From the NCBI GenBank assembly GCA_947643165.1, contig CANRVB010000003.1, positions 66,020 through 130,019 of the forward strand: a stretch of DNA of 64,000 bases, read 5' to 3'. The notes under the pieces are model-generated. The model ran no database searches. It saw nothing but the letters and a program-made list of their open reading frames with translations, and was not told where the DNA came from. The translations under genes were made by a program, and so were the position numbers. The DNA is from an uncultured Porphyromonadaceae bacterium. Its GTDB lineage: Bacteria > Bacteroidota > Bacteroidia > Bacteroidales > Muribaculaceae. This document shows positions 52,601-61,752 of the stretch, one piece after another. Position 1 is the first letter of the stretch, and the number at the start of each line of letters is the position of its first letter.

Positions 52601-52886
52601 CCTCAATGACAACGGCATTCCTGCAATACACGTTTACTGGCCAAGCCAGGCAGACATGCAGCCCCAGGCACTGCAACTGCTCCACGACAAGGAGATAGAT
52701 CTGGTTGTAAATGTGCCCAAAAACCTGACACCTACCGAACTCGGCAACGGACACAAGATACGTCGTGCCGCGATCGACCTCAATATACCACTCCTCACCA
52801 ACGCCCGTCTGGCGGCCGCTTTCATCGAAGCCTTCACCACGCTGAGCCTCGATGACATCGAGATCCGCTCGTGGGACGAATATTGA
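49659..52886 (+). CDS. carB: Carbamoyl-phosphate synthase large subunit
   Basis: GEAGEFDYSG, duplicated ATP-grasp halves, C-terminal MGS domain. Confidence 0.97.
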   Translation: MNIDPTIKKVLLLGSGALKIGEAGEFDYSGSQALKAMKEEGISTVLINPNIATVQTSDGFADKIYFLPVTADFVEKVIKKERPDGILLAFGGQTALNCGVELYRKGILEKYNVKVLGTPVQAIMDTEDRELFVKKLDEIDVKTIKSEAVESIADAKRAAAELGYPVIVRAAYALGGLGSGFCDNEEELVALTEKALSFSPQVLVEKSLKGWKEVEYEVVRDRFDNCITVCNMENFDPLGIHTGESIVVAPSQTLSNEDYHYLRKLAIKIIRHIGIVGECNVQYAFDPESMDYRVIEVNARLSRSSALASKATGYPLAFVAAKLGLGYGLFDLKNSVTKETSAFFEPALDYIVCKIPRWDLGKFHGVRREIGSSMKSVGEVMAIGRTFEEVIQKGLRMIGQGMHGFVGNKPINTPDIDKALSEPTDKRIFVIAQAMKEGYSVDRIHDLTKIDKWFLYRLQNIMTTADELALANSLDEVAPALLRQAKEQGFSDFQVARAVLKDNMTNAEEASSEVRKLRKANGIVPVVKQIDTLAAEYPAQTNYLYLTYNGSKNDIDYENDNKSIVVLGSGAYRIGSSVEFDWCSVNALLTVKQQGWRSVMINYNPETVSTDYDMCDRLYFDELTFERVMDILDLEQPHGTILSVGGQIPNNLAMRLDAEHINILGTTAKSIDNAEDRNKFSEMLDRLKIDQPRWRELTSLADINKFIDEVGFPVLVRPSYVLSGAAMNVCSNPEELERFLRLAANVSKQHPVVVTEFIQNAKEIEMDAVAQNGEIKVYAISEHIEFAGVHSGDATIQFPPQKLYVETMRRIKKVSSQIAKALNISGPFNIQFLAKNNDIKVIECNLRASRSFPFVSKVLKINFIDLATRVMLGMDVEKPKKNAFDLDYVGIKASQFSFSRLQGADPVLGVDMSSTGEVGCIGMDTSEAILKAMLSVGMRIPKKGVLLSTGTPKQKADMLESAHKLHNKGYRIYATGGTHRFLNDNGIPAIHVYWPSQADMQPQALQLLHDKEIDLVVNVPKNLTPTELGNGHKIRRAAIDLNIPLLTNARLAAAFIEAFTTLSLDDIEIRSWDEY

Positions 52887-52921
52887 GAAAGATATACTAA
52901 CCTTTATTTTTACAGACAGAT

Positions 52922-52953
52922 ATGCCGTCGGGTCCGTGAGGATCCGGCGGCAT
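52922..52953. terminator. Terminator between convergent carB and pncB
   Basis: ATGCCGTCGGGTCC-GTGA-GGATCCGGCGGCAT. Confidence 0.65.
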
Positions 52954-52969
52954 CGCTTTGCCTGATGGA

Positions 52970-54181
52970 TTATTCCGGCAAAATGTGGAGCGCCTGCATG
53001 AAGCGGCTAACAACTTCGGGCTTACCGGTATACTTTCCGGCATCCTCGCTCAGTTTGCAGGTATCGTTGTAGAAATCCCACGACTCCGTGATCTTGGCCG
53101 CCACAAGCTTTATCACTATATTCAGCGGCTTAAGGCCCGGAATATCGTTGGTGAAATGCGTGCCTATGCCGAACGACGGAATGCATTTGCCTTGCGCATA
53201 CCTGTTTATCTGAATGGCACGGTCGGTATCGAGCGCGTTGCTGAACACCACCTGCTTTGTGGCAGGATCAATGCCGAGCGATCTGTATTTGCCCACTATC
53301 CGGTCAAGCTCATGATAGTTGTCTCCGCTGTCCACACGCAGCCCCTTGAACATATTCGCATAGTCTTCCGAAAAGTTAAGGCTGAAAATATGCCATCCAT
53401 AGGTATCGTATAGAAATGTGCCGAGAGCTCCGCGAAATGTCGCCGACCATACCTTCATAGCCAGATGATTGGCCATCTGCGGCCCATACATCGCCGCTAT
53501 GGCGCATATCAGTTCATGAGCCATAGTGCCGGTAGGCGTCAGGTCGTATTTCATGGCCATATAGACATTGCTGGTCCCGACAAAAGCTCCATGCCCCACA
53601 GTCACCGACTGCCTGCTCCGGGCCATGCTGCCAACCACTGCATCCTGCACTGCAAACGAGGCGCGGCGGCGCGTGCCCATATCGCTGAAAACACAGCCTG
53701 CCTCTATGAGCCGACGGGCTTTCTCACCGGCTTTGACAGAACACAAGCCAAGATCGATCTGACTGGAAAGTCCCGTCATCTCGTAATAAAGTTCGGATAT
53801 AATCGCCAGGACCTTGACTTCAAGCAGAATCGTATCACTCCAGCAACCTTCAAACTCCACAGTGAGATGGCCGTCGGAATCCTGGCTGACTGTAGCCCAG
53901 CGGCTGTCATACCGGAAACCGCGCAAAAAATTATAGAACCAGAACGGAATGTATGGACACCGCCTCTTCATGAAATCAATCTCATCGTCGGTAATGACAA
54001 CATCGGCAAGCAGCGCTATCTGGCGGCGCAACTCATCGGCAAAGCCATCCGGATAGACCGTATTGTTACGGTCGGTGAACGCATACCTGACCTGTGCCCG
54101 CGGAAAATTGTCGATCACGGCACAACACATCGTGAATTTATAGAGATCGTCGTCGGTAAAATGTGTGATTATTTGTCGCAT
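52970..54181 (-). CDS. pncB: Nicotinate phosphoribosyltransferase
   Basis: DDDLYKFTM, DMGTRRR, GTSN, GTMAHE, RVDSGD, FGIGT. Confidence 0.94.
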   Translation of the reverse strand: MRQIITHFTDDDLYKFTMCCAVIDNFPRAQVRYAFTDRNNTVYPDGFADELRRQIALLADVVITDDEIDFMKRRCPYIPFWFYNFLRGFRYDSRWATVSQDSDGHLTVEFEGCWSDTILLEVKVLAIISELYYEMTGLSSQIDLGLCSVKAGEKARRLIEAGCVFSDMGTRRRASFAVQDAVVGSMARSRQSVTVGHGAFVGTSNVYMAMKYDLTPTGTMAHELICAIAAMYGPQMANHLAMKVWSATFRGALGTFLYDTYGWHIFSLNFSEDYANMFKGLRVDSGDNYHELDRIVGKYRSLGIDPATKQVVFSNALDTDRAIQINRYAQGKCIPSFGIGTHFTNDIPGLKPLNIVIKLVAAKITESWDFYNDTCKLSEDAGKYTGKPEVVSRFMQALHILPE

Positions 54182-54735
54182 GTCAGATTATTCTCGTTAA
54201 TGAATGCCCGGAGAGCTTCGCCACCGTCGATCGATGGGCAGAACTGCATGAGAACCCTATAGGTAATAAACGGATGACGTGACATGGCATCGCGGAGAGT
54301 AGAGAGCACACATATATCGCCCGCTATGCCACACACATCGATACTGTCGATTGCATAAGCCTCCAACAGCTCTTCAAACTCCAGGCTTGCCCTCCTGTTC
54401 GCAAACAATGAATACTCCTCGGTATCGACATCCATACCTTTGTGTAGCAACACCGTACGCCCGTCGGTAGAATAGACAGCATCGAAAACAGGCTGAAACA
54501 CAGCCGCCCCGACAGTATCGTGCACACAATGACGCGGCCAGGGTCCGCCGCACTCCACGAACGAACAATGGTCGTAGGGATGGCAATCTGCAGTAACAAC
54601 CTTGACAATATAGTCACCATCGTGCGCAGTGATATACCCGGCAAGACGCTGCATGGATGCGGAAGCTTCAGCCACAGGCATAGCTCCGCTGATAAAATCG
54701 ATCTGTGGATCCACAATCAGAAGCATTCTGTTCAT
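54169..54735 (-). CDS. pncA: Nicotinamidase (isochorismatase family)
   Basis: VDPQIDF, D.H..DH.SF, WPRHCV, KG...EEYS, GIAGDICV. Confidence 0.9.
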   Translation of the reverse strand: MNRMLLIVDPQIDFISGAMPVAEASASMQRLAGYITAHDGDYIVKVVTADCHPYDHCSFVECGGPWPRHCVHDTVGAAVFQPVFDAVYSTDGRTVLLHKGMDVDTEEYSLFANRRASLEFEELLEAYAIDSIDVCGIAGDICVLSTLRDAMSRHPFITYRVLMQFCPSIDGGEALRAFINENNLTCDK

Positions 54736-54833
54736 AAGCATTGGCATTGGAACTGATAAAAAGCAGCCGCTCCGCGACAGAGTACGTAACTTGGCTGCGG
54801 AACGACTGTTTTCTTTCGGATCAGACTATAAGT

Positions 54834-55070
54834 TTATTGTCCGGCGTAACCGAGCACGGTCGGGCTCTCGACATCGACACCAAATTCCTTGGCTCGCGCT
54901 ACAATGGCTCGCGCAAGCTTAGGCTTGAGGTCTTCCGGACAGTATCGGAAATAAGCCTCGGCTGCCCTCACGTGGGCCGCGTCTGGCATAGGATACTCCC
55001 TGCGTTCGGGTAAACCGAACACCGAATCAGGAAGTTCCTTCTTTTCTTCGTAGGAAAGGCGATCAGACAT
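54834..55070 (-). CDS. Small protein, DUF6582-like
   Basis: LPDSVFGLPERREYPMPDAAHVRAAEAYF motif; start at MSDRL. Confidence 0.65.
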   Translation of the reverse strand: MSDRLSYEEKKELPDSVFGLPERREYPMPDAAHVRAAEAYFRYCPEDLKPKLARAIVARAKEFGVDVESPTVLGYAGQ

Positions 55071-55090
55071 GACTGAGGCTAAATAAATTA

Positions 55091-55618
55091 TCAAAGATTA
55101 AAACGCAGACCAACCTGCAGGAGACCCTGCGCACCGTAGCCTACCTCGCCAAACATGGCCACACTTCTCGACAGGCCAACCTCGGCACCCAGCGGAACAA
55201 GCTGGAAAGCACAATAAGTCTTATTGTAGGAATCACCGCCACGAGGCTGCATATGGCTTACCAGCACGCCTATACCGGCATGAGCATAGAGCTTGACTAT
55301 ACTGTTGCGCCAGTAATCGTAACGACCGTTGAGCATAATTGCATGATAGGCTATCTTGCTGGAATGCTCACCCTTGGTGTCAGTACTACTGAAAGTATAG
55401 CTCGGACCAAGCCAGAATCCGGGAGCCACCTTGAAATTGACGCCGGCATTGAGTGCACCCCAAGCATTGTTGACACCATGCCAACCGTCATGACAATCGG
55501 AAGCATCCATTTGTGTGTAGCCGCCATAACTAACGAACAATTGAGCGGGAGCCTGGGCATTGGCAGCACCGGCACCGATACCAAGCGCTGCTGCGACAGC
55601 GATCAAGATCTTTTTCAT
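55091..55618 (-). CDS. Small outer-membrane beta-barrel protein
   Basis: Signal peptide (ANA/Q), amphipathic strands, terminal GEVGYGAQG..VGLRFNL. Confidence 0.82.
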   Translation of the reverse strand: MKKILIAVAAALGIGAGAANAQAPAQLFVSYGGYTQMDASDCHDGWHGVNNAWGALNAGVNFKVAPGFWLGPSYTFSSTDTKGEHSSKIAYHAIMLNGRYDYWRNSIVKLYAHAGIGVLVSHMQPRGGDSYNKTYCAFQLVPLGAEVGLSRSVAMFGEVGYGAQGLLQVGLRFNL

Positions 55619-55719
55619 AGTTAATCTATTTGAATAGTTGAAATGGTATGGGATAAACCCGAAGTGAATTAGAAGAGAGGACGATCACCTATACCAACAC
55701 CGGTGATTGAGTTTTGGTT

Positions 55720-56628
55720 CTAAAAAAATGAATTTATTATGCCCATTAAGAAACCGAGCAGCGCTCCAAGCATCACTATTGCCCTGAGTTCCTTATGCAT
55801 CACTTGAAGAAGCATCTTCTCCACGTCGGCTATATCCATCTCGCTGAGACTCCGCTCCACTATACCGGCAATGTTTATTTCGGCCAGAACGGCAGGCAAC
55901 TTTGATGAAACCGTACTGACATATATTTCGGTAACCTTGTCGGCGATACGGTCGGGCGAACCCCCAAAGCGCTCTATCATGGTGTTGACAGACATATCGA
56001 GCAGCGAGTCGATCTCCGAACCCGACACTCGGTAGACAATATCGCGTGATGACGATTTCAGAATAGGAGTGACGCTCTTTGTTACAGCTGTAGCCACTGC
56101 ACCACGTGTGGCATTGCCAAATGCCGCAAGCACTTTGCCTATGCCGGCTACGCTGCGTAGGCGTTCATTGATATGGTCGATAATCTCCATTGTCACCCCG
56201 CGGCAGAATGCCGTGTCGCTCACTCGCTGATATACCATATCGGCAAGAGTCGATCTTGTATGCTCAACCAATCGTGAAAGACTGTCTGCTGACACATATC
56301 CTGATATCACCTCTCTGATTGTGGCTGTGTTACACGTCTGTGCATTGACAAACGACCGCACACCTGCCCTGATCTTGTCGAGCATCTCTTCGGATAGCAA
56401 CGTCCGCCGGAGTGCCGGCTCATCGACAAGCGACTCGGCGACAGTACCAACCGAACGGGCTATACGGTCGCGCTCCTTAGGAATAATGCCGGGCGTAAAC
56501 GGTATTCTCCATTTTCCGATATATTTTGGCGTCAACGGTCTGAACAGCATTTTTATAGCAATGCCATTAGTCAGCCAGCCTATGAATGCCCCCACAAGAG
56601 GTCCCATTATGTAATGAATCCAATCCAT
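55720..56628 (-). CDS. DUF445 family membrane protein
   Basis: IGWLTNGIAIKMLFRP..TPGIIPK, C-terminal EL..I..LGALLGFLMG. Confidence 0.88.
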   Translation of the reverse strand: MDWIHYIMGPLVGAFIGWLTNGIAIKMLFRPLTPKYIGKWRIPFTPGIIPKERDRIARSVGTVAESLVDEPALRRTLLSEEMLDKIRAGVRSFVNAQTCNTATIREVISGYVSADSLSRLVEHTRSTLADMVYQRVSDTAFCRGVTMEIIDHINERLRSVAGIGKVLAAFGNATRGAVATAVTKSVTPILKSSSRDIVYRVSGSEIDSLLDMSVNTMIERFGGSPDRIADKVTEIYVSTVSSKLPAVLAEINIAGIVERSLSEMDIADVEKMLLQVMHKELRAIVMLGALLGFLMGIINSFF

Positions 56629-56774
56629 AAACAGAAAACCCCTCTAAATAGCAAATAGTTTTGATTTTCGGTGTCAATGTTATTACAAACAAGTGAAAAA
56701 ATTTCATAATGCAATTTCAATGATTATCTTTGTGGATGAAAGGTTAATTTAGAAAACCGGATAAATTTAGTGCG

Positions 56775-57788
56775 ATGAAAAGGCGAATTGCTGTCATATT
56801 GCTCGTTATTGTCGGATGCGTGGGACTGCTCTATGCAATTCTGCTCAGCCTCGGCTCGCAACGTGACATATATTCGGACAGATCGGAAGGATGTATAGGT
56901 ATGCTTCCCGTAAGACGCGTCAACCCGATCTTTGTAGAAGTAGTTCCCGGAGTGCAGTTCCGCTTGGATTCAGGAAGCGACCTGAGTACTATTACCGAGG
57001 AGGATCTCGACAAACTCCGCAAAATGGGATGTCAGGTAAAGACCTCGATATATCCGGCATTAGGACGCGATGGTCAAGGCGTATACCGCGCCAACATCAA
57101 ACGCTACACCGTGTCGCTGCCTCTCCATATATACACCTTTACGACCGATACGCTCGGATTCAAGCATGAGCAGCTGGTGAAAAGTACACACAACGTACTT
57201 CATAACGTAGACTTCGTACCCTCCGAGTCCGGATTCAGCACACTCGGCATCGACTTACTCGAAAATTTCAGGGTCGAGTTCCAGTATGAAAACGGTGTTA
57301 TAGCGCTCTACTTCACACGTCCCGACGGCTATCAGGATCTTGCGACTCTTAAAGCCGACAGTTCTCCGTCGAAATCGATTTGGATAGGCAACCGATACTA
57401 CATGGACATAAAGATCGACCGCCAGACCGACAGCTATTTCCTCGACACAGACCTTCAGTATCAGCAGATCAAACTGCCTGAGAACCAACGCCGCAGATCT
57501 AAACGTCACATATCGAAAGCCATAGCCCGGACAACGCTCCACACCTATGAGGCAATCGTGGACAACGATGCCTGGATGGAAGTCGGCAACCGCGCCGGAG
57601 GTGTGTCCGCCTACTACTACGACAGCCGCGAGGAGCAATATTCATTCAATCCTCTCAATATGTTCCAGCAGGATATCCTCATCGATTATCCGGGCAAAGT
57701 ACTTGCGTTGCGTCCATTCTGCGTGCTTCCAAAGCGTCACTTCTCGGAACGGCCAGACACTACTGACATTGTGACACCTGGTATCTGA
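56775..57788 (+). CDS. Membrane-anchored retropepsin-like (aspartyl protease fold) protein
   Basis: N-terminal TM, FRLDSGSDLSTI, LGIDLL, second YFLDTD lobe. Confidence 0.6.
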   Translation: MKRRIAVILLVIVGCVGLLYAILLSLGSQRDIYSDRSEGCIGMLPVRRVNPIFVEVVPGVQFRLDSGSDLSTITEEDLDKLRKMGCQVKTSIYPALGRDGQGVYRANIKRYTVSLPLHIYTFTTDTLGFKHEQLVKSTHNVLHNVDFVPSESGFSTLGIDLLENFRVEFQYENGVIALYFTRPDGYQDLATLKADSSPSKSIWIGNRYYMDIKIDRQTDSYFLDTDLQYQQIKLPENQRRRSKRHISKAIARTTLHTYEAIVDNDAWMEVGNRAGGVSAYYYDSREEQYSFNPLNMFQQDILIDYPGKVLALRPFCVLPKRHFSERPDTTDIVTPGI

Positions 57789-57806
57789 ACATCTCTTACG
57801 AAAATA

Positions 57807-57859
57807 TATAGGAAACAATAATGCCCATCCTCATCGGATGGGCATTATTGTTTCCTATA
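57807..57859. terminator. Bidirectional terminator
   Basis: Perfect 24-bp arms TATAGGAAACAATAATGCCCATCC with a 5-nt loop, between convergent genes. Confidence 0.75.
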
Positions 57860-57874
57860 CTATTGTTGTTCAGA

Positions 57875-58333
57875 TTACTTTGCAGGAATAGCAAGCACAC
57901 TGTCAACAAATGCGGTAAGTTCCTCCTTGCTGAGCTGTCCGGTCTTTGAGAACACCTGACCGTCGGCTGCGATCGCTGTAGTCTGGGGAATATACTGGCC
58001 TACATACTTCTGGGCTACATTTGGATTTTTGTCTGTATCCACAGAATAGAAAGTAGCCTTGTCAGCATACGCCTCAGCAACTTCGTGGAATGTAGGACCA
58101 TACATACGGCAAGGACCGCACCACGTAGCGTTGAAGTCAATGAAAGCGACTGTACCGGGAGTTACATCGAGAGCATCGTTGGTCAGTTCAACCACACCGC
58201 CCTCAACAGTCTGCTCAGCTACAACAGTATCCTGAGCTTCTTCGGCAACAGCAGCCGATTCCGACTTGTTGCCTCCGCACGAAGCTATGGAGAGGGTTGC
58301 CATTACGGCAACCCCCATGAATAGAGCTTTCAT
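57875..58333 (-). CDS. Lipoprotein thioredoxin
   Basis: Lipobox IASC, DFNATWCGPC, IP cis-proline motif. Confidence 0.9.
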   Translation of the reverse strand: MKALFMGVAVMATLSIASCGGNKSESAAVAEEAQDTVVAEQTVEGGVVELTNDALDVTPGTVAFIDFNATWCGPCRMYGPTFHEVAEAYADKATFYSVDTDKNPNVAQKYVGQYIPQTTAIAADGQVFSKTGQLSKEELTAFVDSVLAIPAK

Positions 58334-59262
58334 TAGCAGGGAAGAGCTGCGTTGGTTTTGTGTACAGCCTCAGCGCTCTTGTGGAAGAGAGCACGCTCCT
58401 CTTCGTTGAGATCGAATTCAACGATCTTTTCGATACCGTTACGGCCAAGGATACAGGGAACACCTATGCAGAGATCCTTTTCGCCATATTCGCCGTCAAG
58501 GAGAGCCGAGCAGCTGATAAGCTTCTTCTGATCACCGAGAACAGCAGCGACACACTGTGCTGCAGCTGCACCGGGAGCTATCCATGCGGATGTGCCGAGA
58601 AGACCTGTAAGAGTTGCGCCACCTACCATTGTGTCAGCAGCGACCTTATCGAGCTGATCAGCAGGAAGAATTGTAGAAGCGGGGATGCCACGGTAAGCGG
58701 CGAAACGCTTCAGAGGTATCATTGTTGTGTCACCATGACCACCGATCACGATGCCCTCCACCTCGTTGGCATTTGCATTGAGAGCAAGTGTCAGGAAATA
58801 TTTGAAACGTGCGCTGTCAAGAGCACCGCCCATACCGATGATACGGTTCTTGGGAAGACCCGAGATCTTATGGATGAGATATGTCATGGTATCCATGGGG
58901 TTTGCTACACACAGGATGATTGCGTTGGGCGAGTGCTTGAGTACGCTCTCTGTAACGCTCTTTACGATCCCTGCGTTCACTCCGATGAGCTCTTCACGGG
59001 TCATACCGGGCTTGCGGGGAATACCTGAAGTGATGACAACCATGTCGCTGCCGGCAGTCATGGCGTAATCATTGGTCACGCCGGTGAGACGTGTGTTGAG
59101 ATGAAGGATATTGGCAGTCTGCATGATATCCATAGCCTTGCCCTCTGACAGACCCTGCTTGATATCAATCAGTACAACTTCATCAGCGATGCCCTGGGTT
59201 ACGAGGACATTTGCGCATGTTGCGCCTACATTGCCGGCGCCTACAACTGTTACTTTTGACAT
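58333..59262 (-). CDS. mdh: Malate dehydrogenase (LDH-like)
   Basis: GAGNVG, PRKPGMTR, LDSARF, IGGHGD; start reset to MSKVTVVG. Confidence 0.95.
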   Translation of the reverse strand: MSKVTVVGAGNVGATCANVLVTQGIADEVVLIDIKQGLSEGKAMDIMQTANILHLNTRLTGVTNDYAMTAGSDMVVITSGIPRKPGMTREELIGVNAGIVKSVTESVLKHSPNAIILCVANPMDTMTYLIHKISGLPKNRIIGMGGALDSARFKYFLTLALNANANEVEGIVIGGHGDTTMIPLKRFAAYRGIPASTILPADQLDKVAADTMVGGATLTGLLGTSAWIAPGAAAAQCVAAVLGDQKKLISCSALLDGEYGEKDLCIGVPCILGRNGIEKIVEFDLNEEERALFHKSAEAVHKTNAALPC

Positions 59263-59420
59263 ATACTTTTTGAGTTTTGAATATGATGATTCAACATATA
59301 CGGGATTTATGTCCCTTTCTTCCGCAAATTTAGTGATTAATTTTATACTTAGGTCTCTTTTAACCAAAAATAATCTCATGACGACCGAAGGTATGTGCCA
59401 AAAGTAGTAACTTTGTACCC

Positions 59421-60551
59421 ATGGACTTTCAACTGCAATCTACAGCCCCCGGGACAAACGCCCGCGCAGGCCTCATCACTACAGACCACGGAACCATAGA
59501 GACCCCGATCTTCATGCCTGTTGGCACATTGGGATCGGTCAAAGCTGTACACCAGCATGAATTACGCGATGACATAAAGGCTCAGATAATACTGGGCAAC
59601 ACATATCACCTCTATCTGCGTCCCGGTATGGAGATACTCGAAAAGGCCGGCGGACTGCACAAATTCAACGGTTGGGAACGCCCCATACTCACCGACAGCG
59701 GAGGCTTTCAGGTGTTCTCGTTGAGCGACCGCCGCAAACTGACGGAAGAGGGCGCTCACTTCCGGTCGCATATAGACGGTTCAAAGCACCTTTTCACGCC
59801 GGAGAGCGTGGTCGACATACAGCGGGCCATCGGATCTGACATAATGATGGCTCTTGACGAATGTCCTCCAGGAGAAGCGCCCTACGAATACGCACGTAAA
59901 TCGCTCGGACTGACACAACGGTGGCTTGAGCGCGGATGGAAACATTTCAACCGGACTGAACCAAAATATGGCCACAGTCAGGCATTTTTCCCCATAGTGC
60001 AGGGCTGCAAATACCCTGATCTGCGACGAGAGGCCGCACGCCATGTAGCCGGGCTTGGAGCTGAAGGCAATGCCATTGGCGGACTGGCTGTAGGCGAGCC
60101 TACCGAAGTGATGTATGAGATGATCGAAGTAGTCAACGACATTCTCCCCACCGACCGACCGCGCTATCTGATGGGTGTAGGCACCCCAGCAAATATCCTT
60201 GAGGCTATAGACCGCGGAGTCGACATGATGGACTGCGTGATGCCGACACGCAACGGTCGCAACGGCATGCTGTTCACCGCCCACGGAGTGATGAATATGC
60301 GCAACAAAAAATGGGCGGATGACTTCAGCCCCATCCAGGAAGATGGTCCAAGCTACGTCGATCGCGCCTATTCCAAGGCCTATCTGCGTCATCTTTTCAT
60401 CAGTCAGGAGCTGCTTGGACTGCAGATAGCATCGATCCATAATCTGGCATTCTACCTCTGGCTGGTAGGTGAGGCACGACGGCACATAATAGCTGGTGAC
60501 TTCGCTTCGTGGAAAAAAGAAATGGTTGAACGCGTCACACAACGACTGTAA
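59421..60551 (+). CDS. tgt: Queuine tRNA-ribosyltransferase
   Basis: TPIFMPVGT, TDSGGFQ, RYLMGVG, DCVMPTRNGRNG. Confidence 0.96.
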   Translation: MDFQLQSTAPGTNARAGLITTDHGTIETPIFMPVGTLGSVKAVHQHELRDDIKAQIILGNTYHLYLRPGMEILEKAGGLHKFNGWERPILTDSGGFQVFSLSDRRKLTEEGAHFRSHIDGSKHLFTPESVVDIQRAIGSDIMMALDECPPGEAPYEYARKSLGLTQRWLERGWKHFNRTEPKYGHSQAFFPIVQGCKYPDLRREAARHVAGLGAEGNAIGGLAVGEPTEVMYEMIEVVNDILPTDRPRYLMGVGTPANILEAIDRGVDMMDCVMPTRNGRNGMLFTAHGVMNMRNKKWADDFSPIQEDGPSYVDRAYSKAYLRHLFISQELLGLQIASIHNLAFYLWLVGEARRHIIAGDFASWKKEMVERVTQRL

Positions 60552-60555
60552 CCCG

Positions 60556-61737
60556 ATGAGCAACGACTCAACTGACATAACAAGCCCGATCGTAGCGGAA
60601 CAAAACGTAACGGAATCTTCTCAGTCCGGCAAGAAGAGAAGATTCCCTAAGATACGCATAAGCGGTCTGAAAAGACTTGACCGCTACATCATTGGAAAAT
60701 TTCTCGGCACATACATATTTGCCATCGCCCTTATTCTCGCGATCACGGTGATGTTTGATGTAAACGAGAAACTCGATGCGTTCCTCAAGGCTCCGCTCAA
60801 AGCCACGCTCATCGACTATTTTCTGAACTTTCTGCCCTACTTCGCCAACCAGTTCAGCCCCCTGTTCACATTCATAGCTGTGATATTCTTCACATCCAAA
60901 CTTGCCGACAAATCGGAGATCATAGCCATGATGTCGTCAGGAATGAGCTTCCGGCGTCTCATGCGGCCATACCTCATATCCGCTGCGGTGATAGCTGTCG
61001 CCACTTACATTCTGAGCGCATATATCATTCCACCGGCCAATGTAAAGCGCATAGCCTACGAAAACACTTATGTCAAAAACAAAAAAGTGGAATATGGCGT
61101 GAACATACAGATGCAGGTGGCCGACGGAGAGATAGCCTACATGAGCCGTTATGACAGCAAGGCCAAGACCGGTTATAAATTCTCACTTGAGAAATTCAAG
61201 GACAAAAAGCTTGTGTCGCGACTCACTGCCAACACTATTCGCTATGATACACTACACCAGTGGCAAGTGCGCGACTACATGATCCGAGATCTGACCGGCA
61301 CACGCGAGCAGATCAAACGCGGCACACGTCTGGACACAATTATCCCGATGGAGCCCCGCGACTTCCTCATATCGAAAAACGACCATGAGACCATGACCAC
61401 AGCCGACCTGGAAGAATACATATCCCGGCAGAAAGAACGTGGAGTCGCCAACATCGAATCCTTTGAGATCGAATATCACCGGCGCTACGCCATGTGTGCG
61501 GCTGCATTCATCCTCACCATCATAGGCATGTCACTGTCATCGCGCAAGGTCAAGGGAGGCATGGGACTCAATATCGGCATAGGCCTTGTGTTGAGTTTCA
61601 GCTACATTCTCTTCATGACAGTCACCTCTACGTTTGCAGTGTCCGGCATAGCGCCGCCGATTGTAGCCATGTGGATTCCCAATATAGTTTACAGCATAAT
61701 AGCCGTAATTGTTTATCGCAAAGCCGCACGCGGCTAA
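60556..61737 (+). CDS. lptG: LptF/LptG family LPS export permease
   Basis: LDRYIIGKFL, SEIIAMMSSG, six TM helices with a central periplasmic domain, WIPN. Confidence 0.85.
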   Translation: MSNDSTDITSPIVAEQNVTESSQSGKKRRFPKIRISGLKRLDRYIIGKFLGTYIFAIALILAITVMFDVNEKLDAFLKAPLKATLIDYFLNFLPYFANQFSPLFTFIAVIFFTSKLADKSEIIAMMSSGMSFRRLMRPYLISAAVIAVATYILSAYIIPPANVKRIAYENTYVKNKKVEYGVNIQMQVADGEIAYMSRYDSKAKTGYKFSLEKFKDKKLVSRLTANTIRYDTLHQWQVRDYMIRDLTGTREQIKRGTRLDTIIPMEPRDFLISKNDHETMTTADLEEYISRQKERGVANIESFEIEYHRRYAMCAAAFILTIIGMSLSSRKVKGGMGLNIGIGLVLSFSYILFMTVTSTFAVSGIAPPIVAMWIPNIVYSIIAVIVYRKAARG

Positions 61738-61752
61738 GAATCATAACATTCT

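Noticed and set aside
59385-59404. TTGGCAC on the minus strand upstream of mdh as another sigma54 site
   Set aside because: The -12 position reads CG rather than GC/GT, and TAnnTTTG elements explain both divergent promoters.
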